A stretch of 11,912 nucleotides of DNA from Octopus sinensis (lineage: Eukaryota): the NCBI RefSeq assembly GCF_006345805.1, contig NW_021826822.1, positions 1 through 11,912 on the forward strand. The letters are read 5' to 3'. The position numbers and the translations under genes were made by a program. Below the pieces are notes generated by a model. That model worked only from the letters and a program-made list of their open reading frames with translations, had not been told where the DNA came from and did no database searches. This document shows, in pieces, positions 1-7,640 of the stretch. Position 1 is the stretch's first letter; the number at the start of each line of letters is the position of its first letter.

Positions 1-79
1 ATAGAACTCAATATTTGATATAGAGTGGAAAATTATACTTAGATCTAAACGACTGTCGACATGAACTCAAACGCACAGA

Positions 80-109
80 TACACACACACACCACACACA
101 TATATATAC

Positions 110-147
<38 letters not shown>

Positions 148-236
148 CTATATATATATAAATAAACATACATACACACACAGAGTTAGAGAGAGGGAGA
201 TACAGATAAGCAGACAGGCAGGCATACATGCATACA
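80..236. repeat. Compound microsatellite (CA)n/(TA)n/(GA)n/(CATA)n
   Basis: Directly visible dinucleotide and tetranucleotide runs. Confidence 0.95.
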
Positions 237-250
237 TAAGTGTACGTATA

Positions 251-354
251 TTTTCTAATATTGATTTCGGTTATACATATTTTTTTATATGTATGGCCTT
301 AACGATACGCATAGCTCCACTTTCCCGTATCAACGCATGCTTTTCAAAAAACTT
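251..354 (-). repeat. Dispersed ~104-bp repeat, inverted copy of 1912-2015
   Basis: The reverse complement (aagttttttgaaaagcatgcgttgatacgggaaagtggagctatgcg...ccgaaatcaatattagaaaa) aligns to 1912-2015 with about 13 mismatches and 2 indels by hand count (~85% identity). Confidence 0.9.
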
Positions 355-381
355 ATATATATATACTACTATTTAAAGCTT

Positions 382-384
<3 letters not shown>

Positions 385-428
<44 letters not shown>

Positions 429-442
429 GTCTGTATATATAT
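385..442. repeat. (CA)n followed by (TA)n microsatellite
   Basis: Directly visible. Confidence 0.95.
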
Positions 443-633
443 AGATCGTTAGCTCCTACACGAATTTTTTTCTCTCCTTGTTTTTTTTTTTCCTGTGTAT
501 CTTTCTGTCAAAGAGCGTAGGCTCGAAACGTAAAAGACTTTTTCTATTTCTATTCCTGAGCGCCATACTAATACATTTGTTTGTTTGTACTCCACCTGCC
601 TTCGTCTTTTGTTTATTTTCGTAAACCTTCCCG
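442..633 (+). mobile_element. Probable Penelope-like element terminal repeat (pLTR/3' region) remnant
   Basis: Contains a minimal hammerhead-type fold (500-537) of the kind carried by PLE terminal repeats, within T-rich sequence. It lies just upstream of a same-strand PLE RT fragment. Boundaries are approximate. Confidence 0.6.
500..537 (+). ncRNA. Minimal type I hammerhead ribozyme-like motif with degenerate core
   Basis: Stem I TCTTT(500-504)/AAAGA(533-537); core CTGTCAA+A (505-512) versus canonical CUGANGA; stem II GAGC-gtag-GCTC (513-524); GAAA (525-528); palindromic ACGT stem III; UH = TA (531-532). Confidence 0.6.
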
Positions 634-664
634 TTAAACTAGCTGATCGAGCAGAGGCGAATTA

Positions 665-911
665 CGCTTATTAATTCAAATATTCCCAATAATATCTCAA
701 CTCAATATTTAGACAAGCGGCACAGTTAATCCTTTGAAACCTCGTCAAATCCGTTATCGACCGTTTCTACGTCGTATATAAGGGAAAAGAATAAAAAAAC
801 CTGCGCAGATTTCCGTTTATGACATCGTAGAATTCTGTCAGTCAATTAGAAAATCTCTGCCTAAGAAAAAAACTGGACTTCGTAAATAGTTTCATTGCTA
901 TTAGTAACTGA
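665..911 (+). pseudogene. Degenerate Penelope-like reverse transcriptase fragment
   Basis: Frameshifted pieces read INSNIPNNISTQYLDK (670-717), KSVIDRF (747-767), ISVYDIVEFCQSI (809-847) and LDFVNSFIAISN* (873-911). They are colinear with the RLINP..ISK.ILD / SVIDWF / FDIV.FYPSI / ALDF pattern I recall for marine-invertebrate PLE RTs. Confidence 0.7.
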
Positions 912-936
912 CTGATAAGCATAGAAACAAAATTAA

Positions 937-1153
937 GGTGGAGGTGCAATGGCCCAGTGGTTAGGGCAGCGCACTCGCGGTCATAGGATCGCGGTTTCGA
1001 TTCCCAGACCGGGCGTTGTGAGTGTTTATTGAGCGAAAACACCTAAAGCTCCACGAGGCTCCGGCAGGGGATGGTGGTAATCCCTGCTGTACTCTTTCAC
1101 CACAACTTTCTCTCTCTCTTACTTTCTGTTTCTGTTGTACCTGTATTTCAAAG
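937..1153 (+). mobile_element. tRNA-derived SINE (family A), 3'-truncated first unit of a tandem dimer
   Basis: A box TGGCCCAGTGG and B box-like GGTTTCGATTCC. The unit repeats at a 217-bp offset with about 9 substitutions. Confidence 0.9.
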
Positions 1154-1546
1154 GGTGGAGGCGCAATGGCCCAGTGGTTAGGGCAGCGGACTCGCGGTCA
1201 TAGGATCGTAGTTTCGATTCCCAGACCGGGCGTTGTGAGTGTTTATTGAGCGAAAACACCTAAAGCTCCACGAGGCTCCGTCAGGGGATGATGGTGATCC
1301 CTGCTGTACTCTTTCACCACAACTTTCTCTCACTCTTACTTCCTGTTTCTGTTGTACCTGTATTTCAAAGGGCCGGCCTTGTCACTCTCTGTGTCACGCT
1401 GAATATCCCCGAGAACTACGTTAAGGGTACACGTGTCTGTGGAGTGCTCAGCCACATACACGTTAATTTCACGAGCAGGCTGTTCCGTTGATCGGATCAA
1501 CCGGAACCCTCGTCGTCGTAACCGACGGAGTGCTTCCATCCCATCC
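1154..1546 (+). mobile_element. tRNA-derived SINE (family A head + tail X), apparently full length
   Basis: Pol III A/B boxes. The head and body are shared with 11646-11891(-). The 3' domain (tgttgtacctg...cgacggag) is shared with 7245-7440(-). Confidence 0.9.
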
Positions 1547-1765
1547 TGTCTGCATGTCGTTTAGCTTTGTGCGCTGGTAGCGCAAGGCCTGCAATTTCCT
1601 GGATTAAACTGCATGTTGTTATCCTCAGCCCACCTTTATATTGCGTACAACTCCCGTTGCTGATGTGCAACATTTCCAGGATTTTGTATTGTCTGGGAGA
1701 CTTTTGTATCATTGTGACGCTGACGACATCCAACACGGTTGAAACTGCAACGATCCTAGTGAGAG
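1547..1765 (-). pseudogene. LINE (CR1-group-like) RT core fragment
   Basis: The minus strand reads LGSLQF (like LGPLLF), then DTKVSQTIQNPGNVAHQQRELYAI*RWAEDNNMQFNPG, then after a frameshift ALRYQ. This is the region around YADDTK...W...N.M.FN..K; the YAD codons themselves are deleted. Confidence 0.8.
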
Positions 1766-1770
1766 ATACA

Positions 1771-1850
1771 TAGCTGTGTGGTTAAGAAGCTCCGTTGATT
1801 CGGATCAACCGGAACCCTCGTCGTCGTAACCGACGGAGTGCTTCCCATCC
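1771..1850 (+). mobile_element. Chimeric SINE fragment: ~20-bp A-box head fused to the last ~60 bp of tail X
   Basis: tagctgtgtggttaagaagct resembles the tggctgtgtggtaagtagct head at 8213. 1791-1850 is nearly identical to 1484-1546. Confidence 0.7.
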
Positions 1851-1911
1851 AACAAACTTAAGGCAGTTATATTTATTTTTAAGAATTATGACCGCAATTA
1901 ATGGCGAGGAA

Positions 1912-2015
1912 AAGGTTTTTGAAAAGTATGAGTTGATACGGGAAAATGGAGCTATTCGTAACATTAGGGCCATAAATATTAAAAAAATATTTATGACCGC
2001 AATCAATATTGAAAT
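1912..2015 (+). repeat. Dispersed ~104-bp repeat, partner of 251-354
   Basis: Reverse-complement alignment as described for 251-354. The 13-mer ttatgaccgcaat also occurs at both 1886 and 1991. Confidence 0.85.
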
Positions 2016-2051
2016 TTAGGACTCTACCGAGACGATGGCCTAGCCATTAAA
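2013..2051 (+). pseudogene. PLE RT catalytic motif fragment NLGLYRDDGLAIK
   Basis: GLYRDDGL is the YxDD motif of a PLE lineage common in marine invertebrates. It is on the same strand as, and downstream of, the 665-911 fragment. Confidence 0.65.
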
Positions 2052-2458
2052 TGATATTCAGAAGGGTCGGTACTGAAGTTCGGAATTGAGAGCTATACCA
2101 GACCCCGTACTGGACGTCACTGCACTTTTTCAAAGGTCCCAGCTGTTCAATCTAAAGTGGGGACCATATACTGCAATAGCTTAGGATTCAAGGGTCGCAG
2201 CTATTTAACGCCTTGCCAAAACATCTGAGAGATCTTTCTGGAGTGGGAGTAGATGTTTTCAAGAAACAGCTTAACCGCTTGCTAGTCAAGGTCCCAAATG
2301 AATCTATATCAAGGCAGGAGACTCAAAAGAGGGCAGCTGTGTTGAACTCCCTCCTTCACCAAAAGCCAATCACATAAAATTGGCCATTGAAAAGGTGATT
2401 ACACTGGAAGTGTCCCAGCATGGCTACAAACTTGGGGTCGAAACGTATAAAAGAATAA
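2052..2458 (+). mobile_element. 5'-truncated 3' end of a CR1-group-like LINE (ORF2 C-terminus + short 3' UTR)
   Basis: Reads EGSVLKFGIESYTRPRTGRHC...NSLGFKG, then a frameshift at ~2196, then QLFNALPKHLRDLSGVGVDVFKKQLNRLLVKVPNE...RAAVLNSLLHQKPIT* (stop 2375-2377). This matches the G..LFN.LP...F K..LD..L..VP.EP C-terminal pattern. It ends in ...gaaacgtataaaagaataa. Confidence 0.8.
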
Positions 2459-2505
2459 CTGAGATGTACAACGAAGAGAAAAAAACGTATTGGTTTTAGT
2501 GTATA

Positions 2506-2882
2506 TCTTTATATATAAAATTCATGTTGTGTGTCTGTCTCCTACGATTTAGATTCCTAACTACTCCCACATTTTGCAGTGCAGTTTAACCAAAACCGGG
2601 TATCTTATAGTCGTGATTCATATCGAGCCCATCTACGATGAGTCCACGATTTAAAAAAAAATTTACCAATTTTTTCCATTTTAATGCATTTTTTTCGCTA
2701 TTATATAAGGGACGTAACTCTCTAAAAATGTCTACGATGAGGCAACGATTTAAAAAAAATTTACCATCATTTAATTTCCCATTTTTAATGCATTTTTTTG
2801 CTATTTTTTGGCTATAACTCTCTAAAAATGCTTTATAGTTATTTCCCTTACAAACCCGAGCAACGCCGGGCGATAATTCTAG
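2506..2882 (+). mobile_element. Non-autonomous Helitron, 377 bp
   Basis: 5' TCTTTATATATAAAA follows an A at 2505. A GC hairpin CCCG-A-GC-aac-GC-CGGG (2855-2870) lies 8 nt before the terminal CTAG (2879-2882), followed by T. A|T target with no TSD. Confidence 0.85.
2632..2830 (+). repeat. Two ~100-bp tandem units inside the Helitron
   Basis: tctacgatgag...taactctctaaaaatg at 2632-2730 and 2731-2830. Confidence 0.9.
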
Positions 2883-2946
2883 TGAGATATATATCAAATA
2901 CTTCAAAACAGGAGTTGCTTGAAAGACCGCAAGAAAAGAAGTTTGC

Positions 2947-3110
2947 TATATCTACTCGCGTATAAGTCGCACCATTTCATACTTAATTTTAACTGACAAA
3001 AATGATGTGTGACTTGTAGACGGGGCAAAGCGAAAACTATGAAGTGAAGACATAGGGTACCAAAATTGAACTCTCAAATTAAGGGTGCGGCTTATACACG
3101 AGTACATGCG
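2947..3110. mobile_element. Tc2/pogo-type DNA transposon end or MITE with a 21-bp inverted repeat
   Basis: tactcgcgtataagtcgcacc (2953-2973) and ggtgcggcttatacacgagta (3084-3104) are reverse complements at 19/21. They resemble the CCGTATATACTCGAGTATAAG-type ends of Tc2-like elements (recalled consensus). Confidence 0.55.
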
Positions 3111-4807
3111 TCAGTTTGAATAAACACTGTTTGTGCCTCTCTGTGTGTGTTTGTGTGTGCTGGAGTAAAACATGTTTTATATGACACATTCTACCAGTAT
3201 CCGAAGTCCCATTTTGAATAAACACTGTTTGTGCCTCTCTGTGAGTGCTGGAGTAAAACGTGTTTTTTGACACATTCTACCAGTATATCCGAAGTCAGTT
3301 TTGAATAAACACTGTTTGTGCCTCTCTGTGTGTGCTGGAGTAAAACGTGTTTTATATGACACATTCTACCAGTATCCGAAGTCAGTTTTGAATACCCTGT
3401 TTGTGCCTCTCTGTGTGTGCTGGAGTAAAACGTGTTTTATATGACACTTTCTACCAGTATCCGAAGTCAGTTTGAATAAACACTGTTTGTGCCTCTCTGT
3501 GTGTGCTGGAGTAAAACGTGTTTTATATGACACATTCTACCAGTATCCGAAGTCAGTTTGAATAAACACTGTTTGTGCCTCTCTGTGTGTGCTGGAGTAA
3601 AACATGTTTTATATGACACATTCTACCAGTATCCGAAGTCAGTTTGAATAAACACTGTTTGTGCCTCTCTGTGTGTGCTGGAGTAAAACAGTGTTTATAT
3701 GACACATTCTACCAGTATCCGAAGTCAGTTTGAATAAACACTGTTTGTGCCTCTCTGTGTGTGCTGGAGTAAAACATGTTTTATATGACACTTTCTACCA
3801 GTATCCGAAGTCAGTTTGAATAAACACTGTTTGTGCCTCTCTGTGTGTGCTGGAGTAAAACATGTTTTATATGACACATTCTACCAGTATCCGAAGTCAG
3901 TTTGAATAAACACTGTTTGTGCCTCTCTGTGTGTGCTGGAGTAAAACATGTTTTATATGACACATTCTACCAGTATCCGAAGTCAGTTTGAATAAACACT
4001 GTTTGTGCCTCTCTGTGTGTGCTGGAGTAAAACATGTTTTATATGACACTTTCTACCAGTATCCGAAGTCAGTTTGAATAAACACTGTTTGTGCCTCTCT
4101 GTGTGTGCTGTGAGTAAAACATGTTTTATATGACACATTCTACCAGTATCCGAAGTCATTTGAATAAACATGTTTGTGCCTCTCTGTGTGTGCTGGAGTA
4201 AAACATGTTTTAATATGACACATTCTACAGTATCCGAAGTCAGTTTGAATAAACACTGTTTGTGCCTCTCTGTGTGTGCTGGAGTAAAACATGTTTTATA
4301 TGACACATTCTACCAGTATCCGAAGTCAGTTTGAATAAACACTGTTTGTGCCTCTCTGTGTGTGCTGGAGTAAAACATTTTTATATGACACTTTCTACCA
4401 GTATCCGAAGTCAGTTTGAATAAACACTGTTTGTGCCTCTCTGTGTGTGCTGGAGTAAAACATGTTTTTATATGACACATTCTTACCAGTATCCGAAGTC
4501 AGTTGGAATAAACACTGTTTGTGCCTTGTGCTCTGTTGTGTGCTGGAGTAAAACGTTTTATATGACACTTTCTACCAGTATCCGAAGTCAGTTTGAATAA
4601 ACACTGTTTGTGCCTCTCTGTGGTGTGCTGGAGTAAAACATGTTTTATATATGACACATTCTACCAGTATCCGAAGTCAGTTTGAATAAACACTGTTTGT
4701 GCCTCTCTGTGTGTGCTGGAGTAAAACATGTTTTATATGACACATTCTACCAGTATCCGAAGTCAGTTTGAATAAACACTGTTTGTGCCTCTCTGTGTGT
4801 GCTGGAG
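3111..4807. repeat. 86-bp tandem satellite, about 19.5 units
   Basis: Unit: tcagtttgaataaacactgtttgtgcctctctgtgtgtgctggagtaaaacatgttttatatgacacattctaccagtatccgaag. The period was checked (3481 to 3567). Confidence 0.98.
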
Positions 4808-5012
4808 GAAAAATAATCACCCTTTCTATTTGCAAAATACGTGGTTTGCGCCCACCTGTGCCCGGAAACAGATTCGTTGGGTCACCGGACAAAATATTTT
4901 GTGGCACTGAGTCACAAGTCATCACGTTTCGAGTTCAGGTTCTGTCGGTGTCGTTCAGTTCGCTTTCCATTCTTGCGGGATCGATAATAAAAAATATACC
5001 AGTTAAATTCTG

Positions 5013-5039
5013 GGGGTCGATTTAATCAAGTATTAACGG
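5013..5039. mobile_element. Possible degenerate right terminus of a Tc2/pogo-type element
   Basis: ggggtcgatttaatcaagtattaacgg loosely resembles GGTCGACTTATACTCGAGTATATACGG. The match is weak. Confidence 0.3.
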
Positions 5040-5054
5040 CTCTAAGTTTCTGTA

Positions 5055-5295
5055 CCCTTCTCCTCCTCCTTCTCTTCCTTCTCCTCTTCCTTCTCCTCTT
5101 CCTCCTCCTCCTCTTCATTCTTCTCCTCCTCCTCCTTTTCATTCTTCTCCTTTCACTCTTCTCGTTCTTTTCCTTATTCTTTTCCTTATTCTTCTTCTCA
5201 TTTTTCTTTTATTTCTTCATTTCTTCGTTTCTTCCTTCTTCATCATCATCATCGTCTTCACTTCTCCATTTTCTTCTCCTTCACTTCTTCTTCTG
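5055..5295. repeat. (CCT)/(CTT) polypyrimidine microsatellite
   Basis: Directly visible. Confidence 0.95.
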
Positions 5296-5337
5296 ATGTC
5301 TGAATCGTTAGCACGCCGGATATATATATATGGGGAG

Positions 5338-5430
5338 GATGGCGGGGCTGACGGTGATGGTAATGACCACGGTGACAACGATGATGATGATGATGACGAT
5401 GGTGGCGACGACGACGAAGATGAAAGCGGT
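5338..5430. repeat. (GAY)/(GGY) low-complexity tract
   Basis: Directly visible. Confidence 0.85.
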
Positions 5431-5461
5431 GACTCTCTTGAATAACAAGACTGCGATATCA

Positions 5462-5755
5462 CAACCACCAAGACCACCACCACCACCGTCACCACAATCG
5501 TCTCCACCACCACCACCACCACCACCACCACCGCCACCACAATCGTCTCCACCATCATCTCCACCGCCACTACCACCAACACCTTCAACACCACCGCCAC
5601 CATCACTACCATGAGCACCACACCACCACCACCACCACCGCCACCACAATCGTCTCCACCACCACATTTACCATCACCACTACCACCTTCAACACCACTA
5701 CCACCACCACCACCACAACAGCAACATCAATCAATCACCACTACGGCGACCACAT
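5462..5755. repeat. (CCA)n-based repeat with recurring ccacaatcgtctcc
   Basis: The anchor occurs at 5492, 5537 and 5644. Confidence 0.95.
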
Positions 5756-5829
5756 ACCGTACACCTGTTTCTGAAGAGTTTCCCATAAATCAAAAAATAT
5801 AATCAAATGGAAAGCAAAACCCAAAAACA

Positions 5830-7142
5830 GGCGGCGGCGGCGGCGGCGCTGATGGAGATGGCAATGGTGGTGGTGTCGGTGGTGTCGGTGGTGGCGGTGG
5901 TGGCGGTGGTGTCGGTGGTGGCGGTGGTGGAGATGGCAATGGTGGTGGTGTCGGTGGTGGCGGTGGTGGCGGTGGTGTCGGTGGTGGCGGTGGTGGAGAT
6001 GGCAATGGTGGTGGTGTCGGTGGTGGCGGTGGTGGCGGTGGTGGCGGTGGTGGCGGTGGTGTCGGTGGTGGCGGTGGTGGAGATGGCAATGGTGGTGGTG
6101 TCGGTGGTGGCGGTGGTGGAGATGGCAATGGTGGTGGTGTCGGTGGTGGCGGTGGTGGCCGTGGTGGCCGTGGTGCTGATGGAGATGGCAATGTGGTGGT
6201 GTCGGTGGTGGCGGTGGTGGCGGTGGTGGCGGTGTGCTGATGGAGATGGCAATGTTGGTGGTGTCGGTGGTGGCGGTGGTGGCGGTGGTGGCGGTGGTGC
6301 TGATGGAGATGGCAATGTTGGTGGTGGCGGTGGTGCTTATTGTCGTAATTGTATTATATAGTGAGTGTCGTGGTGTTTGCTTTTTTAGTGACGGTGGTGG
6401 TGTTTTTTTTATGATGGTGGCGGAGATGGTGGAGCTAGTGGGTGGTGGTGGTGGTGGTGGTGTGGTAGTGGATTTTGGTGGTGATGGTGGTTGTGGTAGT
6501 GACGGTAGTAGTTTTTGGTGGTGATGTTGGTGGTGGTGGTGGTGGTAGTGACGGTAGTGGTCCTTTGAGGTGGTGGTGGTGGCGATAATGGGTTTTGGTG
6601 ATGGTGGTGGTGGTGGTGGTGGCGGTAGTCGTTTTTGGTGGTGATGTTGGTGGAGGTAGTGGCGGTAGTGGTCCTTGGTGATGTTGGTGGTGGTAGTGGT
6701 CCTTGGAAGTGGTAGTGGTGACGGCAGTGGTTTTTGGTGGGGTGGTGGTGGCGGTAGTAGTTTTTGGTGGTGATGTTGGTGGAGGTAGTGGCGGTAGTGG
6801 TCCTTGGTGATGTTGGTGGTGGTAGTGGTCCTTGGAAGTGGTGGTGGCGGTAGTGGTGGTGGCGGTGGCAGTGGTTTTTGGTGGTGATGGTGGTGGTGGC
6901 GGTGGTGGTAATGGTCCTTGGTGATGGTGGTGGTGGCGATAATGGTCCTTGGTGATGGTGGTAGTTCTGGCAGCGAAGGTGTGATGGAGGTCGTGATGGT
7001 GGTGGTAGCGGTGGTGGCGGCGATAACGGTGGCCGTGGCGTTAGTATTAGTGGTGCATGGCGATGGAGGTTGGTGGTGGTGGTAGTGACGATGGCAGTGA
7101 TGGTGGTGGTGGTAGTGACGATTGTGTTTCTAACGGTGGTGA
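5830..7142. repeat. (GGT)n-based compound minisatellite
   Basis: A GAGATGGCAAT anchor occurs at 5855, 5930, 5996, 6080, 6119, 6182, 6243 and 6306, separated by 9-bp GGTGGTGKC modules. A second sub-block has a ~129-bp duplication (6631 and 6760). Confidence 0.95.
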
Positions 7143-7244
7143 CACTATTGTGTTCGATGTCCCCCGCCAAGGGTAGAATACATCATTAACTCTGCAAAAC
7201 ACACACACACCACCAATTTCGTGTCCGCTTTAAAAAAAAAAAAA

Positions 7245-7580
7245 GCTGGTCCTCCGTCGATTACCAAGATGAGGGTTCCTGTTGATTCAATCACGAACAG
7301 CTTGCTTGTGAAATCAACGTGCAAGTGGCTGAGTACTCCTCAGACACGTGTACCCATAGTACCCTTAACGTAGTTCTGAGGTAGATTCAGCGTGACACAA
7401 AGTCTAACAAAACTGCCCCCTTTGAAACACAGATACAACAAATTTTAGCCAGCTGAGTGGACTGGAGGAAGTAAAGTGAGATAAAGTGTCTTGCTCAAGG
7501 ACAAACACACCACTGAGAATTGAACTCATTACCTTGTGATCATTGGCCAGATACCCTAACCGCTAAGCCATGCACCTTCA
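7245..7580 (-). mobile_element. tRNA-derived SINE (family B head + CORE-like segment + tail X)
   Basis: The minus strand starts gaaggtgcatggcttagcggttaggg (A box) with gagttcaattc (B box-like), followed by gtccttgagcaagacacttt (CORE-like). Its 3' domain is homologous to 1350-1546. Confidence 0.85.
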
Positions 7581-7599
7581 CAAAAAGTGAGTATTGTTG

Positions 7600-7640
7600 T
7601 TGATGTGATCAGTGGGACGGCCTGCTTGTGAAATTAACGT
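7600..7640 (-). mobile_element. Short fragment of SINE tail X
   Basis: gcctgcttgtgaaattaacgt is the reverse complement of acgttaatttcac(a/g)agcaggc at ~1460-1480. It is cut off at the next SINE. Confidence 0.6.

Noticed and set aside
940-1011. tRNA genes at SINE heads (also 1157, 7580, 8203, 8370, 11891)
   Set aside because: A/B boxes are present, but no full cloverleaf with a proper acceptor stem is evident, and each head continues into a shared SINE body.
1022-1491. Duplicated MFIERKHLKLHEAP ORFs
   Set aside because: They lie wholly inside SINE copies and have no coding signature.
2013-2377. In-frame PLE-LINE fusion ORF
   Set aside because: The two pieces share a frame, but a TGA at 2052-2054 separates them and the LINE part is frameshifted. 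A shared frame has a 1-in-3 chance.
2404-2452. Hammerhead-like ctggaag...gaaacgta at the LINE 3' end
   Set aside because: There is no CUGANGA core or stem I and stem II is weak. It is better explained as the LINE 3' tail shared with SINE family D.
3111-4807. CRISPR-like array
   Set aside because: Units are contiguous and near-identical with no unique spacers, there are no cas genes, and the context is eukaryotic.
3079-5025. ORFs such as MSYKTCFTPAHTERHKQCLFK
   Set aside because: These are translations of an 86-bp unit, which is not a multiple of 3; the same peptides rotate through the frames.
5217-7170. Extensin-, mucin- or His-rich ORFs on either strand
   Set aside because: Stop-free frames are expected from CCA/GGT repeats. 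Composition switches at indels, and there is no signal peptide or credible splice structure.
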